Source: an uncultured Planctomycetia bacterium (GTDB lineage: Bacteria > Omnitrophota > Gorgyraeia > 2-02-FULL-51-18). From it: a stretch of 64,000 bases of DNA. Made by a program: the position numbers and the translations under genes. Where the stretch lies: positions 100,204 through 164,203 of the forward strand of contig CAZXLF010000003.1 in assembly GCA_964642015.1 (NCBI GenBank), written 5' to 3'. Below are positions 11,957 to 23,397 of the stretch, one piece after another. Below the pieces are notes generated by a model that did no database searches, had not been told where the DNA came from, and worked only from the letters and a program-made list of their open reading frames with translations. Position 1 is the first letter of the stretch, and every line of letters starts with the position of its first letter.

Positions 11957-12976
11957 ATGGCAAAAGCGATCATCATGGCGGGAGGCCAGGGGGAGCGTTT
12001 TTGGCCGATGACCCATTCCAAATTTCCGAAATATAGGATCCAATTCAATGGAAAAGATTCGTTGCTTCAAAAGACATACAAGCGCCTTCTTAAGGTCTAC
12101 AAAAAAGATTCTATTTATGTTGTAACAACAAGGCCTCACTTTGCGCTTATCAGGAAGGAATTGCCCGCGCTCCGCGTCAGCAACATATTGATCGAGCCAT
12201 TCCGCAACAATACCGCCGCCGCCATATTTCTTTCTTGTGAAATGATACAGAAAAAATTCGGCAACGAAGAGATCATTTCATTCTTTCCGGCCGATCATTT
12301 GATCGAAAATGAGAAAGAATTCAAAAAAACTATTCTATCGGCTATTCATTTGGCTGAAAAAAAAGAGTTCTTGGTGACCGTAGGTATAAAACCGACGTTT
12401 CCCGCAACAGGTTATGGCTATATTCAAAAAGGTGACTCGATCCAAGGTTTTGCCGACGCATTTAGAGTCAAACGGTTCGTAGAAAAACCGGATCGAAAAA
12501 AAGCGCTTTTTTATATCAAGAAGAGGATTTTTCTTTGGAATGCGGGGATGTTTACTTGGCGAGCGAAAGTTTTTTTTAATGCCATGAAAAAATTTTCACC
12601 GGAGTTCTCAAAAAATTACGACCCCAAATATCTCTCATCAAGCTATAAAAAACTGCCTAATCTGTCGATAGATTACGCGCTTCTGGAGAAAGCCGATTGC
12701 ATCGCGATATGCGAAACTCGCATGGACTGGTGCGATATGGGCAATTGGGATATGTTTTCAGAAAAACTGCCGCGTCGAACCGATAGAAATTTTTCTTACG
12801 GAGCAGCACACATGGCTGAAAGTTTGAACACGTTCCTTTTGAACCACACCGACGCGCCGGTGGTAACGCTCGGGGTCAAAGATCTTGTCGTGGTAAAAAC
12901 ACCTCTAGGTACCTTGATATGCAAAAAAGGCCGCGCGGAGGAGGCGGCGCTTTTATTTAAAAAGATCCGAGCATGA
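11957..12976 (+). CDS. Mannose-1-phosphate guanylyltransferase / sugar-phosphate nucleotidyltransferase
   Basis: MAKAIIMAGGQGERFWPMT is the nucleotidyltransferase G-x-G-x-R motif. The start lies 2 nt after the trpA stop. Confidence 0.8.
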   Translation: MAKAIIMAGGQGERFWPMTHSKFPKYRIQFNGKDSLLQKTYKRLLKVYKKDSIYVVTTRPHFALIRKELPALRVSNILIEPFRNNTAAAIFLSCEMIQKKFGNEEIISFFPADHLIENEKEFKKTILSAIHLAEKKEFLVTVGIKPTFPATGYGYIQKGDSIQGFADAFRVKRFVEKPDRKKALFYIKKRIFLWNAGMFTWRAKVFFNAMKKFSPEFSKNYDPKYLSSSYKKLPNLSIDYALLEKADCIAICETRMDWCDMGNWDMFSEKLPRRTDRNFSYGAAHMAESLNTFLLNHTDAPVVTLGVKDLVVVKTPLGTLICKKGRAEEAALLFKKIRA

Positions 12977-13392
12977 GGATCCTCGCGATCGATTATGGTC
13001 AAAAAAGGATCGGGCTTGCAGTATCAGACCCTTTGGGTATTACAGCGCAAGGTATTGAGACGCTTCAAAACTTGGGCAAAAAAAATTTTATCGCCTCGCT
13101 CATTAAATTGTGCAAAGAATATAATATAAAGGAGGTGGTGATCGGTCTCCCGGTTAACATGGATGGTAGCCATGGTCCCAAAGCCGCTGAAATCACGACT
13201 TTGGTTCCTTTGATCGAGCAAGAACTACGGCTACCTGTAAAAACTTGGGATGAACGGCTTACCAGCCGCGAGGCTGGACGTCTGATGATCGAAGAAGGGC
13301 TTTCGCGTAAAAAACAAAAAGAAAACAGCGACCGTTTGGCGGCTACTATGATCCTCCAGATGTTCCTAGAGTCACGGCGCAAAAATAAATAG
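12973..13392 (+). CDS. ruvX: Putative pre-16S rRNA nuclease / Holliday-junction resolvase-like YqgF
   Basis: 139 aa, MRILAIDYGQKRIGLAVSD. Confidence 0.88.
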   Translation: MRILAIDYGQKRIGLAVSDPLGITAQGIETLQNLGKKNFIASLIKLCKEYNIKEVVIGLPVNMDGSHGPKAAEITTLVPLIEQELRLPVKTWDERLTSREAGRLMIEEGLSRKKQKENSDRLAATMILQMFLESRRKNK

Positions 13393-13401
13393 GGAATAAT
13401 A

Positions 13402-14682
13402 ATGAAGATTGAGCTATCCAAGCTTTCAAACGGCATCCGCGTCATATCTGTTCCGATGAAGGAAAGAGAGTCTGTATCGATAGGAATATGGGTTCATATC
13501 GGTGCGCGCGATGAAGAACAGAGGCTTAGCGGTGTATCCCATTTTTTAGAGCATCTTGTTTTTAAAGGCACTTCAAAGCTCACTGCCAATCAGATCAAAG
13601 AAGCGGTCGAAGGTGTCGGCGGCAGTCTGAACGCTTTTACTTCCGAAGAGTACACCTGTTTTTTGGCAAAATCCGCGAGCAGGCATTTGGACCAGGTGTT
13701 TGGAGTCCTGTCGGACATGGTGCTGAACGCTTCTCTGAGAGAAGAAGATATCAAAAAGGAACGCACGGTCATCATGGAAGAGATCAAGATGACGCAAGAC
13801 CAGCCCTCTCAGCTTGTTGATGAGCTTTTGACGGAACTCATGTGGCCCAAACATGCGCTTGGGCGGCCTATAGCTGGCTCAATAGAAACGGTGGGCGCGA
13901 TGACATTCAAAGACATCAAGGGCTATAGGGATAGGTATTACGAACCTTCGCTTATTACAATAGTCGTTGCCGGAGATATTAGGCATAGCAAGCTTTTGAA
14001 ACTGGCTAAAACCCATTTCAGTCTGACAAAGCCTGTCAAAAAAAAGGATGTACATTTATTTAGCGAGCATCAGGAAAAACCGCGTTTCAAAGTAATTTCA
14101 AAAGCTACCGAACAGACTCATCTTGCTTTGGGTGTACACGCGTTCCCAAAGCAGGATCCGGATGAATATCCGCTTGAAATCTTGAGCATCGTCTTGGGAG
14201 GGAACATGTCCTCCAGACTTTTTAATAAAGTAAGAGAGGATCGTGGACTGGCTTACGAGATTGGTTCTTATACGCGCAAATTCCATGAAACCGGCGCTTT
14301 CGGGATCTCAGCGGGTGTTGATAATAAAAAAGTTTCAGAGGCATTGAAAGTAATCGTTTCTGAGCTTGAGCTAATCGGCAAAGATCTGGTGAGACAGGAC
14401 GAACTTAAACGTGCCAAAGAATTTTACCTCGGCCAAATGTCTTTGGGACTCGAAAGTACTATGAATAATATGTTATGGGCCGGAGAATACATGGTTTGTT
14501 TGGGACGATACAAAACCCCTCAAGAAGTTGCGAAGAAAATAGAGAAGATCAGCGCAGAAGATCTGCAACGTGTGGCAAGAAAAATCTTTAAAGAATCGCG
14601 GTTTAGTCTGGCCATTGTGGGTCCTAATGCTAACGCATTGGAAAAAGACCATCGGAATCTCTTTCGGCCTCTAACTTCATAA
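13402..14682 (+). CDS. M16-family (insulinase/pitrilysin-like) zinc peptidase
   Basis: 426 aa with the inverted zinc motif HFLEHLVFKG. Confidence 0.85.
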   Translation: MKIELSKLSNGIRVISVPMKERESVSIGIWVHIGARDEEQRLSGVSHFLEHLVFKGTSKLTANQIKEAVEGVGGSLNAFTSEEYTCFLAKSASRHLDQVFGVLSDMVLNASLREEDIKKERTVIMEEIKMTQDQPSQLVDELLTELMWPKHALGRPIAGSIETVGAMTFKDIKGYRDRYYEPSLITIVVAGDIRHSKLLKLAKTHFSLTKPVKKKDVHLFSEHQEKPRFKVISKATEQTHLALGVHAFPKQDPDEYPLEILSIVLGGNMSSRLFNKVREDRGLAYEIGSYTRKFHETGAFGISAGVDNKKVSEALKVIVSELELIGKDLVRQDELKRAKEFYLGQMSLGLESTMNNMLWAGEYMVCLGRYKTPQEVAKKIEKISAEDLQRVARKIFKESRFSLAIVGPNANALEKDHRNLFRPLTS

Positions 14683-14688
14683 CCCACC

Positions 14689-15429
14689 ATGCTTCGTTCA
14701 TTCCGGATCTTCCGCATCATCGGGATCGATATTCGCGTTCACCCGAGCTTTGTCCTGCTACCCACTTTTTTAGGTATTTATTACGGCTGGCAGGGCGGCC
14801 TGTCTGTCGGTCTTCGCGCTTTTGTGCTGGTTCTGGCTGTTTTTGCATGCGTCTTAGCGCATGAACTATGTCACAGTCTGGTGGCCAGGTCTTTTGGGGT
14901 CAATGTGCCCGCCATTACGCTTTATATGATGGGGGGTGTCGCCGGTATGCAGTATATCCCAAGAGAGCCGAAAAAAGAGTTTTTGATCTCGATCGCAGGG
15001 CCTCTTTTTAACTTTTCATTTGCAGTTGTTCTCTTTTTTCCGCTTTACTGGATCCTAGGGAAGGACCTTTTATTTGCGCCGGGTCTGGAGTCGTGGCCAC
15101 AAATGATCTCGAACGTTTTTTGGATAAACCCGGTTCTCGGCGCGTTCAATCTTATCCCGGCGTTTCCGATGGATGGAGGTAGAATCTTAAGGTCCGCTCT
15201 CGCTTCACGCATGAATTATCTTAAAGCGACTAGAATTTCTGTTTCTATCGGTAGGATTTTTGCTATAATATTTGTCTTTTCAGGCATTTATTATAAAACA
15301 TGGATGCTTCTTCTGATCGCCGCTTTTATCTATTTCGCGGCCTCCAGAGAAGAAAAGCAGGTGATTTATGAGGATTTCCTCAGGTCACTTCGAGACAAAG
15401 ACCAAAAAGCCGATGAACCGAAAAATTAA
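14689..15429 (+). CDS. M50-family (site-2-protease-like) membrane metalloprotease
   Basis: 246 aa, multi-pass, with HELCHSLV (HExxH) in a transmembrane helix and a downstream PMDGGRIL motif. Confidence 0.75.
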   Translation: MLRSFRIFRIIGIDIRVHPSFVLLPTFLGIYYGWQGGLSVGLRAFVLVLAVFACVLAHELCHSLVARSFGVNVPAITLYMMGGVAGMQYIPREPKKEFLISIAGPLFNFSFAVVLFFPLYWILGKDLLFAPGLESWPQMISNVFWINPVLGAFNLIPAFPMDGGRILRSALASRMNYLKATRISVSIGRIFAIIFVFSGIYYKTWMLLLIAAFIYFAASREEKQVIYEDFLRSLRDKDQKADEPKN

Positions 15430-16060
15430 GATCGCCCCCTCACTTTTAGCGGCCGATTTTTCCAATCTTTCAGCGGAGATCGCCAAAGTCGAGAAAGCCG
15501 GCTGTGATATGCTTCACATCGATGTAATGGACGGGCATTTTGTGCCAAATTTGACCGTCGGCCCATTCATTGTTAAGGCGATCCGAAAAGTTACGGCGCT
15601 TCCGCTGGATGTGCACTTAATGATCGAGCGGCCTGAAAAATACATAGGCGACTTTGTTGACGCAGGAGCGGATCACATCACTTTTCACGCGGAAGCCTGC
15701 CACGGAAATCTTCATGAAGTGGTGGAGCTTGTGCATTCACACGCGATCACTTGCGGAGTTTCTCTCAAGCCCGCCACTCCCTTATCGCGGATCGAAGAAA
15801 GTCTTCCGAACGTCGATATGGTGCTTTTGATGACGGTGAATCCGGGTTTCGGCGGTCAGGCGTTCATGCCGGAAGTTCTTACCAAAATATCCGAACTTCG
15901 GGATCATTTTGACAGGGATATACAAGTAGACGGCGGAATCAATCAGGAAACATCCAAAAAGGCCGTATCTGCGGGAGCCAATGTGCTCGTCGCCGGCACG
16001 GCTATTTTCGGCAAATCAGACATCAAGCAGGCGATTGAGCTCTTAAGATGCCAACGATAA
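15413..16060 (+). CDS. rpe: Ribulose-phosphate 3-epimerase
   Basis: MNRKIKIAPSLLAADFSNL...HIDVMDGHFVPN...MTVNPGFGGQ. The ORF continues upstream in the same frame; the homology starts at M 15413. Confidence 0.88.
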   Translation: MNRKIKIAPSLLAADFSNLSAEIAKVEKAGCDMLHIDVMDGHFVPNLTVGPFIVKAIRKVTALPLDVHLMIERPEKYIGDFVDAGADHITFHAEACHGNLHEVVELVHSHAITCGVSLKPATPLSRIEESLPNVDMVLLMTVNPGFGGQAFMPEVLTKISELRDHFDRDIQVDGGINQETSKKAVSAGANVLVAGTAIFGKSDIKQAIELLRCQR

Positions 16061-17466
16061 AATTTGGTACAGATGGTTGGCGCGCCATCATGGGCAAAGA
16101 ATTTACTTTTCAAAATGTGGAGCTTGTCGCGCAAGCGTTTAGCGATTATTTGAAAACCGAATTTGCTAAAAAACCTTCGAATAAACCTCCTCGAGTGGCG
16201 GTGGGTTATGATTACAGAAAAGACTCCGAAAATTTCGCCAAAACGATAGCCGAAATTCTTATTGCAAACGGTATCCAAGTATCCTTGACCAGCGCGGCGT
16301 GCCCGACGCCGGCTGTAAGTTTTAAAATCGTGGATGAAAAATATGATTCGGGAATTGTAGTCACAGCAAGCCATAATCCGCCGGCATACAACGGCATAAA
16401 GATCAAAACGGATTTTGGAGGTTCGGCGGATAAGAATATCACCAATGGCGTCGAAAGTTTTATAGGGAAAAACCCTGTTCTCAAAAAACCATTCGAGCCG
16501 ATGAATCCGGAGCTTTCCGATTTTAACCAGAAATATTTGGAATTTTTAAAAAAATATGTGCGCTTGGACCTGATCCGAGAAGCGCCGTTCAAGATCCTTG
16601 TGGATTCCATGCATGGCGTTGGCGCCAAACGTATCGAAGATATGCTTACGGGCGGGAAGATCCGAGTAACGACGATCCGCAGCCAACGAGACATAACTTT
16701 CGCTGGTTTCAGTCCGGAACCGATACCGCACAACCTTGGGCCGTCCATTGAGCGGATGAAAAATAATGAATTTGATCTGGCCGTCGTGACGGATGGCGAC
16801 GCCGATCGAGTGGGCGCAGTCCGCCCGGGAGGAGAATTTATTTCCCCGGGCATTATCCTATCGCTGATCCTGATCCATTTTGTCGAAGATCTGAAAAAAA
16901 CAGGTAGCGTGGTAACGACAATATCTAATACAGCGCTTATCTACAAGGTCGCCAGAAAGTATGGACTGAAGGTGCATGAAACGCCGGTCGGCTTTAAATA
17001 TGTTTGCGAGATCATGCGCCGTGAGAATGTATTGATCGGCGGCGAGGAATCCGGAGGCATCGGATTTCAAAATTATCTTTATGAAAGGGACGGTCTCTTG
17101 TCCTCGCTTTTATTGGTCGAGATGATGGCCATGCGAAAGCAGACTTTCGAACAGATCCTCAGCGCTGTTGAAAAAGAATTCGGGAAACTTTATTATGTCC
17201 GAAATGATCTGAATTACCCCAACGAATTCAAAACGAAATTATTCGAAGTGCTGACGGATTACAATCCAAAAGAACTTTTAGGCCATGCCGTGAAAGAAAT
17301 TAAAAGAACCGATGGCGTCAAAATAATCTTGGATGATGAAAGCTGGCTTCTATTCCGTCTTTCAGGCACTGAGCCCATATTAAGAATATATTCCGAAGCA
17401 ACATCCCAAGCGTTGGCCGAAAATCTTGTCAGCCACGGCAAGGACTTCGCTTTCCAATTAACATGA
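16048..17466 (+). CDS. Phosphoglucomutase/phosphomannomutase family protein
   Basis: 472 aa with the active-site Ser loop [13 protein letters not shown] and DGDADR. Confidence 0.88.
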   Translation: MPTIKFGTDGWRAIMGKEFTFQNVELVAQAFSDYLKTEFAKKPSNKPPRVAVGYDYRKDSENFAKTIAEILIANGIQVSLTSAACPTPAVSFKIVDEKYDSGIVVTASHNPPAYNGIKIKTDFGGSADKNITNGVESFIGKNPVLKKPFEPMNPELSDFNQKYLEFLKKYVRLDLIREAPFKILVDSMHGVGAKRIEDMLTGGKIRVTTIRSQRDITFAGFSPEPIPHNLGPSIERMKNNEFDLAVVTDGDADRVGAVRPGGEFISPGIILSLILIHFVEDLKKTGSVVTTISNTALIYKVARKYGLKVHETPVGFKYVCEIMRRENVLIGGEESGGIGFQNYLYERDGLLSSLLLVEMMAMRKQTFEQILSAVEKEFGKLYYVRNDLNYPNEFKTKLFEVLTDYNPKELLGHAVKEIKRTDGVKIILDDESWLLFRLSGTEPILRIYSEATSQALAENLVSHGKDFAFQLT

Positions 17467-19259
17467 AGCAATTAAATATCCGTAATTTTTCCATCATCGC
17501 GCATATCGATCATGGAAAATCGACGCTTGCCGACCGAATTCTCGAATTTACCGGCGCCATTGACAGCCGCACTTTTCATAATCAACTTCTGGATGATATG
17601 GATCTCGAGCAAGAAAGGGGGATCACGATAAAGGCGAGCGCGGTCCGAATCCTTTATAAACAGAAAAGCGGCAAGCAATATACGCTGAATTTGATCGATA
17701 CGCCCGGTCACGTTGATTTTACTTATGAGGTTTCTAAAAGCTTGCGTGCATGCGAAGGGGCGCTTTTGCTTGTCGACGCGGGTCAGGGCGTTGAAGCTCA
17801 GACAGTGGCGAATCTTTACCTTGCCATTGAGCATAATCTCGAGATCATTCCGGTCATCAATAAGATAGATCTCAGTACTGCCGAGCCTGAGAAAGTAAAA
17901 AAGGAGATCCATAAGGTTCTAGGGATCAATGAAAAGGAGATTATTCTTGCCAGCGCCAAAATGGGCATAGGCATCGAAGAAATATTGGACCGCGTGGTCG
18001 AAAAAATTCCGCCGCCGGAAGGCGATCCGGACAAGCCGCTTCAGGCGCTGATATTTGACTCCAACTTTGACGTTTATCAAGGAGTGATCGTGTATGTTCG
18101 TATATTTAATGGCATGCTGCGCAAGGGCATGAAGATAAAAATGATGGGTAGCGGAAAGATGTTCGACATCTTAGAGGTCGGCTTTCTTGCTCCAAGACCC
18201 GTGCAGTGCGATTTTTTGTCAACAGGCGAAGTCGGCTACATCACTTGTAATATTCGTTCAGCCAAAGAAGTTGAAAATGGCGACACGATCACTGATGCGG
18301 ATAATCCTACGAATTCCGCACTTCCGGGATATAAGAAGGTCAGGCCTCTTGTTTTTGCCGGTATTTATCCTGTAAATTCCAAGGATTTTCAAGCATTGAA
18401 GGACGCAATGGAAAAGCTGCAGCTTAGCGATGCGTCGTTTATTTTTGAGGTCGAAAGCTCAGCATCCGTTGGTTTTGGTTTCCGGTGCGGTTTCCTAGGC
18501 TTGCTTCATATGGAAATCGTTCAGGAGCGTTTGGAGCGGGAATATGATCTCAATTTGGTGGTAACAACGCCAAGCGTTGTCTATAAGATCCGAAAAACCA
18601 ATGGGGAGCTTGTTGAAATAGAAAATCCATCGAAAATGCCGAACCCAAGTCATATCGCGGCCATTCTTGAGCCGTTTGTCGACGCGTCAGTTCTTACGCC
18701 TCCGTCGAGCATTGGCGCTATCCTTGATCTTTGTGAAACACGCCGAGGAGTTTATAAATCGACCGAATATATCAGTGATGATAGAGTAAAGATCATCTAT
18801 GAATTCCCTCTTTCGGAGATCATTGTTGATTTTTATGACCGAATCAAATCGATCACCAAAGGCTATGGCTCGCTGGACTATGAGCTAAAAGGTCACCGTG
18901 AAAGCGACCTTGTGAAGCTCGATATTTTGATCAACGGAGAAATATGCGATTCTTTCAGCTGTATCGTTCATCACGAAAAAGCGCAGCACAAAGGCCGCGT
19001 ACTTTGCGAAAAATTGAAAGAACTTATTCCGCGGCAGATGTTCGAAGTGGCCATTCAGGCTGCAATCGGAGGCAAGGTTATCGCTCGGGAAACAGTTAAA
19101 CCGCTGGGCAAGAACGTGACGAGTAAATGCTATGGTGGCGACATCACCAGAAAACGCAAGCTTTGGGAAAAGCAGAAAGAAGGTAAAAAAAGGATGAAGC
19201 AGTTTGGGAAGGTCGAGATCCCGCAAGAAGCGTTTTTGGCCGCACTAAAGGTTGAATGA
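17463..19259 (+). CDS. lepA: Elongation factor 4 (LepA)
   Basis: 598 aa, [27 protein letters not shown]. Confidence 0.95.
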   Translation: MKQLNIRNFSIIAHIDHGKSTLADRILEFTGAIDSRTFHNQLLDDMDLEQERGITIKASAVRILYKQKSGKQYTLNLIDTPGHVDFTYEVSKSLRACEGALLLVDAGQGVEAQTVANLYLAIEHNLEIIPVINKIDLSTAEPEKVKKEIHKVLGINEKEIILASAKMGIGIEEILDRVVEKIPPPEGDPDKPLQALIFDSNFDVYQGVIVYVRIFNGMLRKGMKIKMMGSGKMFDILEVGFLAPRPVQCDFLSTGEVGYITCNIRSAKEVENGDTITDADNPTNSALPGYKKVRPLVFAGIYPVNSKDFQALKDAMEKLQLSDASFIFEVESSASVGFGFRCGFLGLLHMEIVQERLEREYDLNLVVTTPSVVYKIRKTNGELVEIENPSKMPNPSHIAAILEPFVDASVLTPPSSIGAILDLCETRRGVYKSTEYISDDRVKIIYEFPLSEIIVDFYDRIKSITKGYGSLDYELKGHRESDLVKLDILINGEICDSFSCIVHHEKAQHKGRVLCEKLKELIPRQMFEVAIQAAIGGKVIARETVKPLGKNVTSKCYGGDITRKRKLWEKQKEGKKRMKQFGKVEIPQEAFLAALKVE

Positions 19260-19924
19260 TGATGACCCGCGAGGATTGGAAAAGAGAGATCAAGGAATGG
19301 ACGCAATCAATTATTGTAGCCTTTATTATTACGCTTATTATCAGGAGTTTTGTAATCCAAGCGTTCAAGATACCTTCCGGTTCGATGCGGCCTACGTTAA
19401 TGGAAGGAGACAAGCTTTTTGTAAGTAAACTCTTATATAAACCGAAACGCGGAGACATTGTTGTTTTTAAGTATCCGTATCCGGAACCTATCATTTTTGC
19501 GGGAGAGAATATCCAAATCAGAAATCATCAGATCATCGTGAACGACCAAGTTGAGAACGATATCCCGTTCTACAAAAAATATTACTATCTTGTGGTTTTT
19601 CACTTCTTGGGTGATAGGGATTTTATTAAAAGGTTGGTCGCTTTTGAGGATGAAGTAGTCGAAATAAAAAACGGCAAGATTTATGTAGACGGAAAGCCGT
19701 TGGCCGACTCTACCACATTCGGAAAATTTTATTATTATAATCACGATCCCTACGGCGGTCCGGATGAAAAGATTCGGGTCCCAAAAAATTCTTACTATGT
19801 GCTGGGTGACAACAGTGCCAATTCGACTGATAGCCGCTTCTGGGGTTTTGTGCCTAAAGCCAATATGATTGGTAAAGCTGTATTTCGTTGGTGGCCTCCC
19901 AAAAAAATCGGGACTTTGAAATAA
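19256..19924 (+). CDS. lepB: Signal peptidase I
   Basis: 222 aa, PSGSMRPTL...[17 protein letters not shown]. Confidence 0.9.
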   Translation: MMMTREDWKREIKEWTQSIIVAFIITLIIRSFVIQAFKIPSGSMRPTLMEGDKLFVSKLLYKPKRGDIVVFKYPYPEPIIFAGENIQIRNHQIIVNDQVENDIPFYKKYYYLVVFHFLGDRDFIKRLVAFEDEVVEIKNGKIYVDGKPLADSTTFGKFYYYNHDPYGGPDEKIRVPKNSYYVLGDNSANSTDSRFWGFVPKANMIGKAVFRWWPPKKIGTLK

Positions 19925-19927
19925 TTA

Positions 19928-20485
19928 GTGAATCTAGCGAATCGATTAACAGTTTTAAGGCTGGTCCTTGTACCCGTTTTCATAGCATCATTGCTCTATT
20001 ACTCGCCGGAAAGAAATTATCTATACTTCGTCGGCCTTATCGTATTTCTTCTTGCATGCCTAACTGATGGACTTGATGGCTATATAGCCAGGAAATATCA
20101 TCTAAAAACCATTCTTGGAAGTTATATTGATCCCATAGCGGATAAGCTGCTTCTCACCAGCGGTTTTTTATCATTGTCATTCATGGTTCATTTGCCTGAT
20201 TCCATGAAGATTCCTGCCTGGTTGACGATCCTTGTCATGGCGCGTGACGGCATGATATTGATCGGAGCTATAACTATATTTTTGATCACAGGTAAATTAA
20301 AGGCCGAACCGCTTTATATAGGAAAAATAACCACGGTCTTTCAGATGTCCTCGCTGTTTTCGGCGCTTGTATCAGCTCCAGCGCAGATCAAGATATTCAT
20401 ATTTGTGTGCACCAGTTTTTTTACTTTGGCCTCAGGCGTCCAATATGTACGCATGGGAGGAAAAATGCTAGAGGCAACAACTTGA
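19928..20485 (+). CDS. pgsA: CDP-alcohol phosphatidyltransferase (CDP-diacylglycerol-glycerol-3-phosphate 3-phosphatidyltransferase-like)
   Basis: 185 aa with a GTG start, DGLDGYIARKY...DPIADK. Multi-pass membrane protein. Confidence 0.82.
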   Translation: MNLANRLTVLRLVLVPVFIASLLYYSPERNYLYFVGLIVFLLACLTDGLDGYIARKYHLKTILGSYIDPIADKLLLTSGFLSLSFMVHLPDSMKIPAWLTILVMARDGMILIGAITIFLITGKLKAEPLYIGKITTVFQMSSLFSALVSAPAQIKIFIFVCTSFFTLASGVQYVRMGGKMLEATT

Positions 20486-21111
20486 TGGCGGGACAGGTTT
20501 TTCAGATCGTTCTATTTTGGTTCGTTGCGTTCTTGTCCGGATCTATTCCGACGGCATATATTGCCGGAAAGCTCTCCAGAGGGATCGATATAAGATCTTT
20601 TGGCAGCGGAAATGTTGGCGCGACAAATGCTTTCCGGGTTTTCGGCAAAAAAGTCGGCGCAATTGTTTTTATTGTAGATTTCTTAAAAGGATTCCTGCCT
20701 GTATTTATCTTGCCTCTTTTTCTGCCGGCCAAGAACTTGGATGTTCATGAAGCGGGGTTGTGGGTAGGCACTGGGTGCATTCTAGGCCATGTGTTCTCAC
20801 CGTTTCTAGGTCTTAAAGGCGGAAAGGGGATTGCGACTGGCGGGGGAGTCTTGTGCGGTTCTTTTCCTTTTATTTTTCTTTTTGTGATCGGCTCCTGGGT
20901 TATTGTCTTCATCATAACCAGGATCGTCTCGATTAGTTCGTTAGTCGCTCTTTTGGTTCTAATTGTTACCAGTATTGTTTTTGGTTTAAAAACCCCCGTT
21001 ATTGTTCTCATATCCATCATAGTGCTCTTCCTTGTTTGGACTCACCGATCTAATATTTCGCGTTTAACCCAAGGTAAAGAAAGTAAGATAGTTAGTAAAC
21101 ATAATATTTAG
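20485..21111 (+). CDS. plsY: Glycerol-3-phosphate acyltransferase PlsY
   Basis: MAGQVFQIVLFWFVAFLSGSIPTAYIAGKL...GSGNVGATN. The ATG overlaps the pgsA stop by 1 nt. The tabulated ORF begins upstream in the same frame. Confidence 0.85.
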   Translation: MAGQVFQIVLFWFVAFLSGSIPTAYIAGKLSRGIDIRSFGSGNVGATNAFRVFGKKVGAIVFIVDFLKGFLPVFILPLFLPAKNLDVHEAGLWVGTGCILGHVFSPFLGLKGGKGIATGGGVLCGSFPFIFLFVIGSWVIVFIITRIVSISSLVALLVLIVTSIVFGLKTPVIVLISIIVLFLVWTHRSNISRLTQGKESKIVSKHNI

Positions 21112-21222
21112 TTATACCTTGTATAACTGCTAAATTTAGGTATACTTTAAATATAGATTGTTATTTTTTTAGACCCCTTATTTAAATTATTTAATATGTA
21201 ATATTGGAATAGAGGATAGCTA

Positions 21223-21876
21223 ATGTTACAAAGGCGCGTGTCTGATTATAGACAGATGTACTTAAGAGAGAGGAATACGCTGGAAAACTCCTATCTAGCC
21301 ACCATAAACTCTCTCGCATATGCCATAGAATCCAGGGATGCTTACACAAGGGGTCATTCAGAAAGAGTCGCCATGTATTCAGTTTGGCTTGGAGAAAAAT
21401 TAGGGTTAACCAAAAGACGTCTCCGCATGATGCAGCATTGTTGCAGGTTGCACGATGTCGGAAAAATTGGCATTCCGGATAGAATCTTGTTAAAACCGGG
21501 TCGTCTTACTCTGGAAGAAAGGGCGCAAGTCGAATTTCACCCTGTTTACGGAGTTGAAATATTAGCTGGACTCAAATTTATCGTGAAAGGATTACCACAG
21601 ATACTGCATCACCATGAACGCTATGACGGCAAAGGATATCCTTACGGCTTGAAAAAAGATCGCATTCCATTGGATGTGAGAATCATCAGCGTGGCCGATG
21701 CGTTCGATGCGATGACTTCAGATCGGCCTTATCGAAAAGCCTTGAAAACACCCGAAGTGATAGCGGAATTTAAACGTAATTCAGGGACTCAATTCGACCC
21801 ATTGATCGTGAAACTTTTGATCAAGCTGATCGATATGTCCAATCCTAGGATAACACCTATCGCAAAGGCAGCTTGA
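21223..21876 (+). CDS. HD-GYP domain protein (probable c-di-GMP phosphodiesterase), stand-alone with no receiver domain
   Basis: 217 aa, HSERVAMYSVWL...HDVGKIGIPD...HHERYDGKGYPYGL. Preceded by an AT-rich 110-nt intergenic region. Confidence 0.85.
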   Translation: MLQRRVSDYRQMYLRERNTLENSYLATINSLAYAIESRDAYTRGHSERVAMYSVWLGEKLGLTKRRLRMMQHCCRLHDVGKIGIPDRILLKPGRLTLEERAQVEFHPVYGVEILAGLKFIVKGLPQILHHHERYDGKGYPYGLKKDRIPLDVRIISVADAFDAMTSDRPYRKALKTPEVIAEFKRNSGTQFDPLIVKLLIKLIDMSNPRITPIAKAA

Positions 21877-21879
21877 TCC

Positions 21880-22260
21880 ATGAGAGAAATATTCATTAAG
21901 ACCAAAACATCCGAAAACCATAAACGAAAAAATCTTTCGATTATCGAAGTGATCAACCAAGAAGGGTTTGTTGCCAGAGCAGAGAAAAAATACTCTTACT
22001 ATGTTTCTGAGCAAAATCCTGCCAGTGATAAAGAGCAGCTGAAGGACTGGGTCAGCCTGCACTCTCAGGAATATCAAAAAAAAGACCGTCACGTATCTAT
22101 TCGAAAAACTTTTGACCAGAAAACCGGACTCGGACAAATGGTTTACCGGGTGATAGGGAGCTTTTATGTGGTGCAGAACCTGCATATTTTTGCGGTTGTA
22201 TTCATGCACAGCATTAAATTCGATATGCTGACAAGCCAATTGCCCAATAAGAAGTTCTAA
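21880..22260 (+). CDS. Hypothetical protein (126 aa) immediately downstream of the HD-GYP gene
   Basis: The ORF starts 4 nt after the HD-GYP stop, with no recognisable motifs. An antisense ORF (21781-22239) is the alternative. The plus strand is preferred on operon context only. Confidence 0.35.
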   Translation: MREIFIKTKTSENHKRKNLSIIEVINQEGFVARAEKKYSYYVSEQNPASDKEQLKDWVSLHSQEYQKKDRHVSIRKTFDQKTGLGQMVYRVIGSFYVVQNLHIFAVVFMHSIKFDMLTSQLPNKKF

Positions 22261-22357
22261 TTTCTACCCCCAATATCATAATTTAATTGACCATTCCTAA
22301 GCACTTTGCTATACTTCCTGTTCTAAATTCAATTGACAAATAAATTCTTAACTCCAT

Positions 22358-23365
22358 ATGTTACATAAAGATACAAAAATTAGTATCTTAGGCGACGGCG
22401 GTTGGGGAACGACGCTTGCGATACTGCTTGCTGGCAAATCTTACGCAATAACACTATGGGGCGCTTTTCCTTCTTATGTCAAAGAAGTCCAGAAGCTTAG
22501 AGAAAATCGAAAATTTTTGCCAGGCTTCAAGATCCCTGAAAATGTAATTCTTGTTAGCGACATTCATGAAGCCTGCTCTGCATCCGAATGGATCGTTTTA
22601 GCGATCCCGTCGCAATTCATGAGAAGTGTGCTGCACGGAATAAGAAAAGACAAAGTCCATCATAAAAATTTTGTGACTGTTGCAAAAGGGATCGATACAC
22701 AAAGCTTAAAGGTGATGTCGCAAGTCATTCATGATGAATTGGGCAAGGTTCGACTGGCTGTGATCTCAGGGCCGACGATCGCGCGCGATGTAGCTTTAAA
22801 AATGCCGTCCGCCGCTTCGGTGGCTTCTTCAAACCCGAAACTTGCTTCAGAAGTAAGAAGCATGTTCACTACCGAATATTTCAGTTTATTCGAAAGCACC
22901 GATGTGTTGGGTGTAGAACTTGGTGGATCTATAAAAAATGTGATCGCGATCGGCGCGGGGATCGTTGAAGGGTTGGGTTTTGGTTCAAATACACGGGCAG
23001 TTTTATTTTCTCGAGGCGTCGCTGAAATGGCGCGTCTCGGTGAAGCGATGGGCGCTGATCGGCAAACCTTTACAGGTTTAAGCGGATTGGGGGATCTTGC
23101 CACGACTTGTCTGAGTCCTCATAGCCGAAACCGCTGGCTTGGAGAGGAGATCGGCAAGGGAAAACCACTGAACAAGATCTTAAAAGAAACAGAAATGGTA
23201 GTGGAAGGTGTTGAAACGGCCAAGGCCGTTTACAAACTCTCCAACAAGTGCGATGTTGCGATGCCTATTAGCCGAGCTGTTTACGAAATTTTATTCAACG
23301 GGCACGAACCAAAAGAAGTGCTTCGGGCATTGATGAAGCGAGGACCACACAAGGAATCGGAGTAG
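22358..23365 (+). CDS. gpsA: NAD(P)H-dependent glycerol-3-phosphate dehydrogenase
   Basis: 335 aa, ISILGDGGWGTTLAILLA...GSIKNVIAIGAGI. An upstream TTGACC-17-TATACT promoter-like sequence is present. Confidence 0.92.
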   Translation: MLHKDTKISILGDGGWGTTLAILLAGKSYAITLWGAFPSYVKEVQKLRENRKFLPGFKIPENVILVSDIHEACSASEWIVLAIPSQFMRSVLHGIRKDKVHHKNFVTVAKGIDTQSLKVMSQVIHDELGKVRLAVISGPTIARDVALKMPSAASVASSNPKLASEVRSMFTTEYFSLFESTDVLGVELGGSIKNVIAIGAGIVEGLGFGSNTRAVLFSRGVAEMARLGEAMGADRQTFTGLSGLGDLATTCLSPHSRNRWLGEEIGKGKPLNKILKETEMVVEGVETAKAVYKLSNKCDVAMPISRAVYEILFNGHEPKEVLRALMKRGPHKESE

Positions 23366-23397
23366 CGGTCTTTAGCTTTTAAAAAATTATAGTTTTA

